Origin: Leucoraja erinacea
Lineage: Eukaryota
Reading direction: 5' to 3'
NCBI RefSeq assembly: GCF_028641065.1
Contig: NC_073413.1
Location: 5,952,001 to 6,016,000, forward strand
Length of the DNA: 64,000 nucleotides
Positions 13,480 to 26,769 of this stretch are shown one piece after another. A model generated the notes under the pieces. That model did not search any database and was not told the origin of the DNA. It worked only from the letters and a program-made list of their open reading frames with translations. The translations under genes were made by a program, and so were the position numbers. Each line of letters starts with the position of its first letter. Position 1 is the first letter of the stretch.

Positions 13480-13845
13480 GACTTCTGAAGAAGGGTCTCT
13501 ACCTGAAACGTCACACATTCCTTTTCTCCAGAGACGTTTAAAGAAAACTTGTTGGAAAATTCGACGGTAGACAAAAATGCTGGAGAAAATCGGCGGGAGA
13601 GGCAGCATCTATGGAGCTAAGGAATAGGTGACGTTTCGGGTTGAGACCCTTCTTCAGAGAGAGGAGGTTGCTAAACTGTCTTCGGAGAGAGGAGAACTTC
13701 TTCAAAGTAGGCATACCGTGAAGAGATTTCACAGTGGAGTAGACAAAATGTTTAAGAAAGAACTGCAGATGCTGGAAAAATCAAAGGTATAAGAAATGCT
13801 GCCTATCCTGCTGAGTTACTCCAGCTTTTTGTGTCTATCTTCGAC
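13480..13845. mobile_element. Cluster of Penelope-derived repeats (hammerhead cores 13485-13512 + and 13630-13657 -) plus a probable element 5' ORF remnant
   Basis: Two CTGAAGA..GAAACGTC cores in opposite orientation, with family sequence 'gacaaaaatgctggagaaa..ggcagcatctatggag' and 'aagaaagaactgcagatgctggaaaaatc'. Confidence 0.75.
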
Positions 13846-16317
13846 TTCTGATCGGCAGGTTCAATTTGCCACCTGCGGCCAGGGCTCAGGAACTCTGGCC
13901 CGGTTGGAGCCGCCAGATCCATTCCCGTAGCCAACTTTGAGGCCAACTTTGTAGGCTAGTATCTCGCCCCCTGGCAGCCTAGGCAGACCATTCCGGTACT
14001 GTTGGGACTCCTCTCGGAGATGCCTGCTCCACCGCATTTTCAACAAATTTGGCAATTCTCGAGTTGGGGGGGGTTGGTCTGGTAGTCTAACCGTGAAAGT
14101 GGTACCTCAGTCGACCACCGATCCGACACGCATCGGGATTACAGAGACCAATTCATTTGGTGACTCCTAGGTTGCCCATGCAGGAAATGCACGTTTTGCT
14201 GTAAAATTAATTTACATTTAATATTTGTTTTATTTAAGTTTCTAGCAGTCCGTGGTGCTGTAGAGATATGGAACGGGTATAATTAGTGGGTCAGAGGAGT
14301 ATTGCATCATTATTGCGTGATCTCTGCTGGTCCGGAAAAACGGTGGAGGATCTGTACTCACTTGCTCGGCCCTGCCACGTTGATGATCATGATGTTCTGG
14401 AAGCCACCTCCTCCTCCCTTCAGCTTCTAACTGCCTACCACCATTCATGACTTACAATGTCAAGAATTGCATGTCATTTGTTGTAAGATCCCTTTGTTCT
14501 CCCATTGCCATTTGGCACACAATCTTGTGCTGCACCTTCAGTGAGTTGGCACCTTAATTTTAGATATCCTTGTTGCTTCAGGCATGCTCTTCTGCATTCC
14601 TCCCAGATTTCCATGAATGGAAACATTATTGAACAGGTGGAAATGGAGATGGTCATTGTCTGTTACTTTTAGCATTGATCAGACCATACCTGAATGTTGT
14701 TAATGATATTGGGTTGATCTCAGCTGACAGTAGTGCGACTGCCCTGACCGCGGGAGAAAAGGAGTGAAGAAGATAATATGTTATTCCCTTCCATCAGTGT
14801 GCTGTGTTGGTTAATTTTTATGTAGTTGTGCGTCTTGTTGCTTTTTTGGTATGACTGTATGGCAAATCAAAAATCTTTGTATGTTTTTACATACTTGGCT
14901 AATAAATTAATTATAATACAATAACAATTACAATACAATACAGACAGCAATGAACATTTCTACTGTTGCTGGTGATCCAAAGCACCATACATTTGAGAAG
15001 AAAATCTGTTCCGAAACTGCCCAAAATGGCAGTGCTAGATTCCATGATTGAGTGTGTCCTCCAAGGGATACATGCATCATTGAGGGTGTCCTCCAAGGGA
15101 TACATCTGCCACAACTTGAACTGCGAGGATAAGGTCATGTAGGGTTATTAGGTGACCATAGTATCTTATTTTGATGCAGTTAGCAAAGAACAGTAGAAAA
15201 TCTAACAGTTGTCAATGTTGAAAATCTGAGATTTAAAAAAAAACAGAAACACTTAGTTCAGGAGGCACCTATGGAAAGAGAAATAAAATTGATTCTGGTA
15301 TTTTCTGATTTTACTACAGCAGGAAAGTATAAATAGTGTCCTTGTTTACTGAACTTCAGTCCTATCTCTTATTTCTTCCAAGAACACTGCTTTAACACAG
15401 TTTATCCATTATCGCTGTCATTTAACATGCTAGTCACAAAACATGCTGTATCCAAATGTTCCCAATAGCCTAAAAAATCCTTTGAATATTTTTAAGAATT
15501 TTAAATTCTAAAGTTAGAATTTAAAACTTTAAATTCTAAAGTTAAGCTACACACAATTTTGCATTTGAAATGTTCAGACTAGTTTAACCAAATCCAGTTT
15601 TAAGAAAATGGAATTTAAAACCAAAATAAAAAAATGTTTGGCAATTGTCAGCACATACAGCTCGGTTTTAAACATTTGCTTAGGTTTCAGTGCAAGGATG
15701 CATCACCTTGGATAGACTAAGAGATTAGATCAAAAGGTTGCGAGTAAATACATATTTGGGTGCATTTAAAGAAATACTTCAAAATTGGGCTTATTGGGCT
15801 TGTTAAGAGATGCAGCATGTATTCTCTTCAAAATGCAGGTATCCATTATGAACTATGAAATTCCTGGGCAATTAGAAAATGAAGTGCGATCATAAACGGC
15901 TTTATTAAAGGAAAATATATATTAAAATTTGAGTGCTGTTAGAGCATGTAATCTAATTCCATAGACCTTAAACTTAGCAGTAAGTTAGAATTTTTTTCAC
16001 ATTATTAGTCATTGGTAAATAAGCCGTTATTAGTGACAGCTACATAAGTAATTAGATAGCTGGTTAGGACTGTCAGAAGAGGTTGACTCAGGGACATGGA
16101 AATGTTGTTATATTTAGTGCAAGAAGCATTTGCAGACACAAAAACAAATTGCACAAAGCACTATTCCAAAGAGTAGTCAAATAAGGGGGAAAAAGGTGCT
16201 GTGTTTACACTTTAAAATAAAAATCGGAGTTGAATTTATAGAAAGCACCAGCAGCAACAATATGTGGGAACAATTGGAGATCAGTGGCTACATTATAGCA
16301 AATATTTAGCAAACATA

Positions 16318-16442
16318 GGGGCGGCACACGGTAGAGTTGATGCCGAACAGTGCCAGAGACGTACTGGTTTGTTGGTTAATTGGCTTGGTATAAATGTAAA
16401 TTGTCCCGAGTGTAAGATTGTGTTAATGTGCGGGGATTGCTG
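16318..16442 (+). mobile_element. Internally deleted tRNA-derived SINE (HE1/V-SINE-like)
   Basis: 5' 'gggcggcacacggtagagttgatgcc..cagtgccagagac' is joined directly to the 3' part 'gtactggtttg..aaattgtcccgagtgtaagattg'. Confidence 0.6.
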
Positions 16443-16539
16443 TTTAGAATCAAAACAACGGAAAAGTGATTAGTTCCAAGAGGTAGTCAAACTCCTTCAA
16501 GTCAGATTCATCCATGCCGCCCATCAATTCGCTATTTAA

Positions 16540-16828
16540 CAGGCCAAAAACAGGCCCTTAGGCTCACCAAGTCCATGCCGACCAACGAGCCTCGTACACT
16601 ACACACTATCCTACACACTAGGGACGATTTACAATTCTTACCGAAGCTAGTAAACCTACAAAATTTGTACGTCTTGGAATGTGGTGGGGAACCAGAGCTC
16701 CTGGAGAAAACCACATGGTCACAGGGAGAACGTACAAAATCCATACAGACAGCACCTGCAGTCTGGGTCGAACCCAGATCTCTGACGCTGCAAGGCAGCA
16801 ACTCTACCATTGCGCCATCGTGCTGCCC
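16540..16828 (-). mobile_element. tRNA-derived SINE (HE1/V-SINE-like), near full length
   Basis: Minus strand has an A-box-like TGGCGCAATGG, a B-box GGGTTCGACCC, a V-domain-like 'ttttgtacgttctccctgtgaccatgtggttttctcc..ccacattccaagac' and a LINE-like tail. Confidence 0.85.
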
Positions 16829-18339
16829 ATTCTTTTCTGAGCATCACAAATGTTTGGAATTGTCCCCCACAAAAAATTGGGGACTCCTGTTCCTAATTCT
16901 AGCCGGTGGATGTAGATTATTTGAATGTTCAAAAGAAATTTGTTATGGTAACATAACAGCATGGATAAAAGAAAACTAGAATGAGCAAGACAGAATGTAA
17001 GCGCAGGAAGTTACAAATGTTAAAATGCTAACTGTCATTTTAAATGCAAAAATCCTTGTGAATATTACTGGATATTGCTTTAGACAAAGGCATGGGTCTA
17101 ATTGGGGATATTTGATCTAACACAGCACAGGAAGTGCTCAGGACTCAGAGCTAAGCGTAAACACTGACAATCTTTGTCCTTTGACTCTATTCTCAGAGCA
17201 TCTGGAATCAATTATATTAAGTGACTCACAAGCACTCAAAAGCATAATTCACCCGTTAAATCCTAAATTAACATTTCATACCTCTACAGCTAACAACCTT
17301 CTGGAGGCCCTATTTCATAAAGGAATATTTGTATACAGGCTGAATCTAGCTTTGATAGTACAACTCACAAGATGGACCACGAGATGCGAGACAAATACTT
17401 TTTTCTTCAATGCTTCCAAATGTACAAATGGATATAATCCTATAAAGGCAGTACAAGGGCAAGAAAGGCAAAAAACATTCATCACATGACCCCAAAAGAA
17501 TCTGATAACATAGAAGCATTGGAATACTGCCAATGGTGTAAAAAACTAGTTTAAAGAGAGCACAGATGCTTTCCATGAGAGACCGCTAATCCAAACAAAT
17601 AAAGACCACACAACTGCTAAATAGCAATTCTTCAACAAATACATTTAATGAAAGCCAGCTATACCTTTACAAAGGATCTCGCATGTCAATTATAAACCAA
17701 TAGCTTTGTTTCTTGTATTGCAATATGGCAACAAGATGCACGGCACAATCAATCTGCAATGGTGTATTTCCTGTACACGGCCAGTAATCCCCCATCTACC
17801 TTCTATTATCATAATTCGTGCTATTAACATATAATCAATTCATAAAATTTTTGGCTTCTATAACTCACACCTATCGGTTGACTATCATAAAATTCAAGGA
17901 CTCGTGTTAGGATACAATTGCCACGAGGCTACTTGTATACAGCATATAGTTACTGGGACAAGCATGAAAAACAATTCTGCAAGTATTCTGTGATAGCAGC
18001 ATAGTTTAGTTTATAAAACCTTCACTGGCAAACTTAAATGGAGGCCTACTTTGCTATCAAGTTCACACCTAGCCCAAGGATACAAATCAAAAGTTCAGAT
18101 GGCACTAAGCAATAGCGGTTTAAAATGTTATATGGTTTATAGATTAAATATAAAACTAATTCAAGTAAAGCAATGTTCCATAAAGCTTTATAAACTATAA
18201 ATGAGGCCACCACAGGTCTGAAGCAATTAATTTCTTAAAAATTACAGCAATTTGCTTACAGGAAAAATAGGGCTACGAAGGATATCAGCTCATCTGCGCT
18301 ACATTCAGCTCTGGATCAGCTTGACAACAAGAACACCAT

Positions 18340-18720
18340 GTCAGTATACTATTCATCAGCCCGGCACATAGATGCAATCACGAAAAGGTTAATCAGCACC
18401 TCTACTTTCTTAAAAGTTTAAAGAGATTCAGCATGTCGCTGAATACTCTAATAAATCTCCACAGATGTCCTGTAGAAAGTATCCTGATTGGTTGCATCAT
18501 GGCCTGGTATGGCAATTCCAGTACACAGGACACAAGAGGATGCAGAGTGTGGTGGACTCTGCACAGTCCGTCATGGGTATGAGCCCTCCCCACCATCGGA
18601 ATTATCTACACAAGGTGCTATCCCGTCATGGTGGCATCTATCATCAAGATTCCATACCAACTGGCCCATGACTTCCTCTCTGATAAGCAACTAATAGGCA
18701 GGAGGTATAGAAGCCCAAAG
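18340..18720 (+). mobile_element. Rex1/Babar-like LINE C-terminal fragment (decayed)
   Basis: Translation QHLYFLKSLKRFSMSLNTLINLHRCPVESILIGCIMAWYGNSS..MQSVVDSAQSVMG matches the typical QRLYFLRRL..FYRCTIESILT.CITAWYGN region. Confidence 0.75.
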
Positions 18721-21175
18721 TCCAACTGCATTTAGTCTTTAGCAATGGAGGAGGCTAAGGACAAAAATATCAATATGGGAATGGAAAGGAGAGTTAAAAT
18801 GACCAGCAACCGGGAACTCCAGCAAACCTTGCAGGACAGATAGCAAGTGTTCGGCAAAGCGGTTGTCGTTACCAAAAGCTAGTGGATTACTATTGGTAAT
18901 GATGGCTTCTCTTTAAGAAAGTAATAGAATAAATACATAAACACTGATTTACACGAATCAAAAATACATACAGTAAAAACATGCTTAACTTTATTTTCTA
19001 AACCTAGAATATTGCAGCAATTTTGTTTTTTTTGCAGTTTATTTCTTTGTAGTTGGGTACTGCTATTGACTTTTATTCTAAAATACAGTTGGCTGAGGCA
19101 CCGCAAGGGTTGGAACCCTGGGAAGACATATGGTTGTCATCTAAGTAACACAAAGCAAATATGTTTTCTTAAGGAATTTATGGTTCTCAAAGGCTCGCAG
19201 AAAAATTCTTCAAAGTATTGCATACATTTGGTCTGAATCAGTGAATTCTCCATACAAAGTTGCCAAAGTCTCTTTTACAGGTTTGAGGAAAAACAATTCT
19301 GGTTGTGAACATTTAGAAATTATCTTATAAAGCAAATTTTATTCATTTCATCCAATATATATATATATTAGAAATAAATGCTCACAATAAATTGGGATGG
19401 TACTTTTATTTAGATTTAAATTCATTAAGAATTCATTGAAAGTTCAAGGGCAGAAATTGTTAACATCGGAAACAGTTTTAATGGAAGTGGCACGAGAACT
19501 AGTGGGAAAAAGAAAGTTTGTTTCCATGCAATTTTGCATGCAAATGTATGGCTGAAACAGACAGTGGAAACAGATTCACAAATAAATATTTGGATAGCCA
19601 GCAATCACAATGGGCCAAATCACAAATTAACACAGTATTAGAGGCAAATTATTTCATTATGGCTTTACTGATTTTTTGCTCAAACTCCCTAACTAAATAT
19701 TTAGCAATACACTTTTCTGCATGCTTCAGCATGTTTTTTTGTAAGCATTGAATTAGATCAATTTTGAATGTTACTGAATGTCTCTCCTTCGTCAGGAAGT
19801 GCTTGCAAAATCTCACCTATTCCTTTTATCCAGAGATGTTGCCTGACCCACTGAGTTACTCCAGCTTTTTATGTCTATCTTTGATTTAAACCAGCATCTG
19901 CAGTCCCTTCCTACACATCTCATTAATTAGCATTTGTTCAAGTGCAATTTACCTCCAAGATCAAATCATTACTGGATGGTCAAGAAGAAAGAATCATTCG
20001 ACCTGGTTCAAACAATAACATTGTAATTTCAACCTTTGGGACAGTATTGCACAGTTGGATTTGCAACGGTTAATTTCATAAAAGGACTTGCAAATATGTA
20101 ATAAAAGGATAATAATAAAAGGACATGCAAAGATAGATATCTGTTTTTTTGCTGCGTTACTGACAATCTTAGGGATGCTGCAATTGGCTCTGGCATCTGG
20201 GGGTTGGTAAGGTGGAAATGCATCAGGGCTCTCTTCCTCATTGTTAGTTCTCTGCTGCCTAGCAAAGATCTAGTGTCACATTATGGAACCTATTTTTTTC
20301 CCCATTGATGTCTGCACAGACTGATATATGGCTAACTACTGCTAAAAGAATTCAAAGCCTTAGGGCATTCAAACATTTACGATGGGCCATAAAACTTCTT
20401 TGTAAGAGAGATAGCATACTTAGCTAATTGTAAACAAGCTAGTTCCAGCGTTTGTGCAGCTGACAACTAACATGTTGAACAAAGGCATATATTCGACCTG
20501 ATCAAAGTGCAAATTTCCCATCAGAGCAAGACTGGGCACGTTAAAGTGCAGGCTTACACTGATGATGAAACATATGAAGGACAAAGGAAATTTCCCCAAA
20601 AAAATTGATTTAAAGTTCCTCACATTTCCCATTAATGAAATTGGAGGGGAAAGAAAATCTCTTCTTCATATTTCAAAATATATATTTCCAAGGTAAACGG
20701 GGGCAAACGACAATCCAAAATAACTATAGAAATCCTAGAATTACATGGTCAATTGCAAAATGACAAAGGCAGTTTCGTGATTTAGATGTTAAATCCTTCA
20801 TTGATACGAGCATCCTGTATATTTGTACACGTGTACATATTCTATATTTCCAGTACTCTTACTTTCATTTGAGTACACACCCTATTTAAAAGTTAACCAC
20901 ATCCTCCAGATGTGCAGCATAAACAATGGCTTATGTTAATCAACCGCTACATTTACAACTCACAATTTGGACCCCAGAAAAGCCATAAGGCCATGATAAT
21001 GTCACACAAAGTATAATTTTCTACGCAAACAACATTAACTTAATGCATTTATCCCGGAAAAACAGTCACAATCTCATGTTGTTTTTTTGCACAACAAGCA
21101 TTGCACACACTGTTGTTAGCCTGTATGATGTCCTGCTTAATTAAATCTGAGTGTTTCTGCCAACTCTGAACCCTT

Positions 21176-21296
21176 TGTGGCGGCGCGACTCACCCGTTGC
21201 AGCGGCCCCTACAGCCTGTCTGTCTTTTTTTTATTTTTTGTCTAGTTAAATGTAGTGTTTGGTGTTTTTTAATAGTATTTTTAAATGTGTAAATGT

Positions 21297-21335
<39 letters not shown>

Positions 21336-22055
21336 AACTGTTTTAAATCTCTTCCCTGTCCGGGAGACCCGACTTTTTCCCTGTCGGGTCTCGGCTGTCG
21401 TTGGGGCCTAGCACCGTGGAGCGGCCTCCAGCCTGAACGACCCGGGGGCTCGGGAGACTGCGGAGCTGCGGACTCACCATCGTGGGGCTGGCCGGCCTCG
21501 GAGCGTGGGGAGCGGCGGTGACTCGCTGCTGCGGCTCGACTCCTGGGGCTCGGAGGCTCCAGCAACGCAGCCGCAGGTCCGGTGGACTTTGACATCGGGA
21601 GCTCGCGGGTCTGGGAGGAGAGAGAGAGACCGCTTCCCGGAGCTCCCGCAACGCGACTTCTCCAGCCGGTGTCACGGGGTTGGAACAACCCGGACCGGGA
21701 CAGGACATCACCCGGCACGGCTTCGTGGCCGTGGGACTCACCATCGCCCGTGGGGGTTCCAACCTTGGACTTTCAGACCGGGAGCGGGGCCGTAAATCGC
21801 CCCGCGCGGCCTAAAATGGCCGTGGGACTCATCATCGCCCGCCTGGGGCTTGGACATCGGGAGAGACACGGAGAACAGGGGAGAGAAAAGACTTGCCTTC
21901 CATCACAGTGGCTTCACTGTGATGGATGTTTGTGTGAAATTAATTATGTGTATGTCTGTAAGACAGTGTCTTTGTTTGTATGGCTGTGGAAACAACATTT
22001 CGTTTGAGTCTCACTGGGGCTCAAATGATAATAAATTTGTATTGTATTGTATTGA
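21176..22055 (+). mobile_element. GC/CpG-rich non-autonomous retroposon-like element with (ATTGT)n tail
   Basis: Abrupt GC-rich block in an AT-rich intron, with a poly-G run, internal repeats 'ggactcaccatcg' and an end 'aataaatttgtattgtattgtatt'. Confidence 0.65.
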
Positions 22056-23239
22056 TTGAAAGGGTGTAAAACAAGTTTAGACAATAGCTCGAAAGTAAGC
22101 TCCAATAATATAAATGAGAAGAATTGCATGACGCAAAATGTCCAGTATTACCTGCAGACTGCCAAGTAATGCAACCCATGCAATGGCATTAAACAAATGA
22201 TAAATATTAATAATTCAAATTGTTTCCATTAATTTCTACTCAGTTAAAAAATTGTATTTCAAAAACCTCACTGTTAACTGACAATCATTAATTTTCTATA
22301 AATTAACCAACCCAGAATAGCAAGATTACATCTTAATCCTGCTTGAGTAATTTGTGTGCGGAAGGTTTTCTTTACAAAAATTATTAACTAATTGCAAATT
22401 GATGATTGACCTGAAGCCCAATGCTGTAACACACGATTCACATTACTCGCACAAATACAAATTTGTTATAAAAAGTTTAGAAGTCACAACTCATTCTAAA
22501 TAAAATTATATCTCATTTCACAATTTAGCTATATATTCTTCCAATCAATTATGACATTTGGAACACTTCATTGGTTGTACAATTTGAAATTTACTTTGTA
22601 ATTTTGTAAAACAAATCATTTAAATGATCACATTTGTTCTATCGTATTAAATAGCATTCAGGCTAATGAGACCGAGTGTCCTACTCCTAATTCCCCGACT
22701 TGAATATAAAGAATAAACACTTGTGATACTAAAATAATAAATGAAATCAGAAACTGCTGCTAGGACAACCCCCGTTTGAGTAACTAATGTGTTGCCATTG
22801 TATGTTAATAGGCAGCTCTTTGTGAGTTGTCTTTCCCAAATTTATCCAGTTGATATTTTGATCCAAAATGCCATCTTGAGTAATAACTAACAATTTATAT
22901 TTATGAAAATCTTTAATACAGCAAAAAAATGCCCAACCCACTGCATCAAAATTATCAAACAAAGTCTTACAGATTCAGATTCAACTTTAATTGTCATTGT
23001 CAGTGTACAGTACAGAGACAACAAAATGCAGTTAGCATCTCCCTGGAAGAGCGACATAGAACATGATTTCAGTCACCGAGGTACATTGTTGAGCTGCTCA
23101 CTTACACTGAGCAACCCAAGAAGAGATGGTATTGACACATGACGAACATTTAAAAACCATGGAAGTGCGAGCTCAATGATAGATAGCAATATGGTAATGA
23201 CTAAATGATTCAATTTCTTCTCAAGATGATGCTGATAAT

Positions 23240-24691
23240 TAGAGCCAGGAATTGCCATGTGCCTTTTCATGCCTATTTTGATGATTTCACCAGGATAATG
23301 CCTTTTTTCATGATCGAGTGCCTAAATCAGCCTTTTTTGCAGTTTTGCTAAAAGGTCGTGCTATTTTCTCTAGTTGTACCGTGCTTACAACGATGTTTTC
23401 TATGTTAACACGTTAATATTAATGTTTTAATTAACATGTTAACATAGTATAACAAGAAAAGTTCCACCACCGGGGCGAAACCGTCAGTCATTCATTCGTT
23501 CGTGCCTTTGCCCACAGCAACATTTTTGCATAGAAAATTAGAGAGGAAGTTGCATGCAACAAAATATGGATCTCAATACATGAGACAACCGATACTGTGG
23601 GGAGTTATGTTACCAATGCGGTCATCGGTGCACTGGAGGCAGGTCCTCCATCAAAGGAGTATTTGATGGCATTTGGAAGTATTAGGGAAGTCAAACAGCT
23701 CAACTATTGCTCAGTTGTTTACATCTTCACTTGCTGTACTTTGGCCAGAAGGTACAAAACAAGAGAATGTTCTTCTGTTTGTGACTTCATTTTATTCCCC
23801 AAAATGTTGCATTTGACATGCTTAGCTCAAGGACTTCATAGAATTGTCAAGCACATACGTAGCTTGTTTCCAAATGTCAATCACCTAGTTTCCAATGTCA
23901 AGAAAATCCTCCTCAAAGCACCGTCACATGTACAGTTGTTTAAAGAAATGGCACCCGAGATTCCGCTACCTCCTCAGCCCGTTTTGACCAGGTGGGGTAC
24001 ATGACTCTCTGCTGTACTCTACTATGCTGCAAATTTTAAAAAGATAAAATAAATCGTCAACTGTTTTGAAGAAGAATCTGCTGCAGTCAGGATCGTCAGT
24101 GAAATCATGGAGAAAAAGTCCCTCCACCATGATCTTGTGTTTATTGCTTCCAATTTTGCAAACTTCCCACAAGCTATCACTTCCCTTGAGAAACGTGCGA
24201 AACATTAGTGAATAACTTGCAGGTTTTCAACAAAATAACTGACGAGATTTGTAAAGTTCCTGGCGATGTAGGTAAAGACATACAAGGAAAATGTGAGAGA
24301 ATGATTTTAGCTAAAAAAGATCTTGAAGAAATAGAAAACATTGCTAAAGTTCTCAAAGGTAGTTGTAATGCACAAGATATCAACATGAATATAGAGTCTG
24401 TAGCTTGTTTCGGGTATGCACCAGTTACCTCAGCTGAGGTAGAAAGATGTTTTTCACAACTGAAGCATATTCTGTCTGACAGGCGGCATAGTTTAACACC
24501 AGATAATTTGAAAAAAATGCTAGTAATTATGTGCAACGGCAACTTTGGTCATTTAATGTAGTATATATTATCATTTTAAACCATATTTTGGTGGTGGAAA
24601 TAATGCCTTATGTCAATAAATGCCCTTTTTTGTAATTATATGATGCCTTTTTTTGCCTGCCTATTTCAGAATTTTTTAATGCCTAAACATA
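23240..24691 (+). mobile_element. hAT-superfamily DNA transposon, CGGBP1/DUF659-like transposase pseudogene, 8-bp TSD
   Basis: Direct repeat CTGATAAT at 23232-23239 and 24692-24699. Starts TAGAGCCAGGA, with many subterminal TGCCT motifs at both ends. Translation HLTCLAQGLHRI..PVLTRWGT..YAPVTSAEVERCFSQLKHILSDRRHSLTPDNL shows a CxxH-like motif, TRW and the catalytic-E/dimerisation motif; it is interrupted by stops. Confidence 0.88.
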
Positions 24692-24719
24692 CTGATAATG
24701 CTATACATCGGGATGCTAT

Positions 24720-25262
24720 ACATCAACATCGGGAGCCTGGGAGCTCCAAACCGGCGTGGCCTTGTCGGCTTCGGAAGCCATGGTCTCCGATAAGGAAGCA
24801 GCCGTTCCAGGTGGCCCAGCCACTGAGAGGACTCTCCCGACGCCGGAGCAACAGCACCCGGCGAGAACGGCCAGGAACATCGGGCCTCCGTAGAGGCCTC
24901 AATAGGCCTGACTTTGGGAGAACTGGGGATGGGGACTGGACATTGTGCCTTCCCCCACAGTGGTAACCATTGTGGGGGGGGGATGATTTTTGTGTGTAAG
25001 TGATTATTTTAGTTTGTGTCCAAGATGGCTGTCGGAAAGGAGAGTGTACGCTGGCGCGGTTTAGCTGCCGCTGCTCTCTCTTCACATTGTGTTTTTTATT
25101 TTTTTTGTCTTTGGATCGAATTCTGTCTTTAATTTGTGTATTGGTGATGTCTTTATTATTTATTTTACTCCGATTATATATTTTTTACTCTTGTTAAATT
25201 CTGTAAGGTGTCCTTGAGACTTTTGAAAGGCGCCCATAAATAAAATTTATTATTATTATTAT
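24720..25262 (+). mobile_element. GC-rich non-autonomous retroposon with L2-like (TAT)n tail
   Basis: Ends 'gtaaggtgtccttgagacttttgaaaggcgcccataaataaaatttattattattatt' and shares a 'gccttcc.c.cacagtgg' motif with the 21176-22055 element. Confidence 0.6.
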
Positions 25263-25929
25263 CATATAGAAGCTGTGGTTAACATCATGTTCATAAGTTC
25301 AAGTTTGCGAAATGGGGCTCACTTCTCTGGGGTGAGAGTGGTACCAACAGAGTCACTGCTTAAAATAATTTTAAGAAAAGGATTAATTTCAAAAGCACCC
25401 CTCCCGTCTAGAGGTAAAAAAAGTGGATAGCATCTGGCAAACTGGACTGGTGTAAACAGAAGACTAGTTAAGTAATCGATGCGTTTGGAAAGATGAAACC
25501 TCGTAAGTCATGATGTACTGTAACATAACCAGTCTTTTAAAAATATATAATATACTAATTGCAAATTCATTAGAAGCAGGCCAAGCTATACAAATAAAGA
25601 AATGCTGAAATATATACCAGGTAATGTTCGCATCTATAAAATATAAAGTTATAATGTATCAGATTCAAATAAAGGCACACAGCCAAATCATCCCCCAGTA
25701 CTTTAAATATGTTCTACCACCATAATTTTAATTTTAATTACTACAAAACAATTCCCTGATAGGGACATGGTTTTACACTAAAGCAAGTCAGTTATTAGAA
25801 GCCAATTCAGATTTTAAAAATGAATATTTAGGAAATTAATCTAAATGCGTCTATTAACATTTAACAAACTATTAACATTTAACAGCAACATATTAAAACA
25901 GTTCAACAAACTAAGCAATCCTTTAAACA

Positions 25930-26300
25930 ATAAACAGTGCTGGAGGATCTCAGGTCAGACATCATCTGCGGAGGAAACAGACAGGTGATGTTTCAGGTCA
26001 GAACCTTTCTTCAGACTGATATAGAGTAAGGAGGAGAAAGCTGAAAGAGGTGGAGGCGAGGCAATGTCTGGCAAGTTGTGGAAGGATACAGGTGAGGGGC
26101 AGGGGAGAAGGGTTGATTGAGAGATGGGTGGAGATGGTGACAACGTGTCAGGATGAAAAGGAGACAAAAGGGTAAGAGACTAGCAAAGAGGATAAATTAA
26201 ATGTAAATCTGGAGGGAGGGATATGGGTGTAAGGGACAATGGATAGTAGAAGGAGGTGGGATAAAAGCGAAAGTGGGGAACGAGAAAATTGAATGAGTGG
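25930..26300 (-). mobile_element. Penelope-like element 3' region with degenerate hammerhead core (25987-26014)
   Basis: Minus strand has a C/T-rich tract followed by CTGAAGAAAGGTTCTGACCTGAAACATCACC and the family tail. Confidence 0.6.
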
Positions 26301-26769
26301 GAGATGAGCAAATCTGCTGTAAAACACCAAATATTCTAGTTGGTAATCAATTCAGATAGGTAATCAACCTGAAACTAACTCATCTCCCTCACTTACGATC
26401 TATTCGTCACTTTTGCCAAAGCGCACTTTATGCTCGCTTTGAAGTTGCACATTTCAATCCGCTAGGATCAACTCCAACAACATCATTCAACCTAATGTAC
26501 CTTGCAGAAGCTAAATCTCAGCTCCCAACTCTCTAAATATTCTCACCATTGTCTCCCAGATAATTACTCCTGGAGATATCTTCCCTCCAACCTTGACATC
26601 ATCCCAATACTGCTCATCTTGCTTCTACTTCCAACCCAAGATGTACAGAGGGGCAGTCCTAATAGATAATATCTCAGCCTGTTCTTGCCCCACATATATT
26701 CTAACCTTAACTCTGTTTTTTTCCCCCATTGTTCAGTCCTTTTCTACTTTCATTTGTGACATCTCCAAT

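Noticed and set aside
15052-15105. Small tandem duplications (also 30886-30915 and 46798-46829)
   Set aside because: Ordinary replication-slippage duplications with no further structure.
16740-16828. tRNA-like A and B boxes
   Set aside because: Head of a tRNA-derived SINE, not a cloverleaf tRNA gene.
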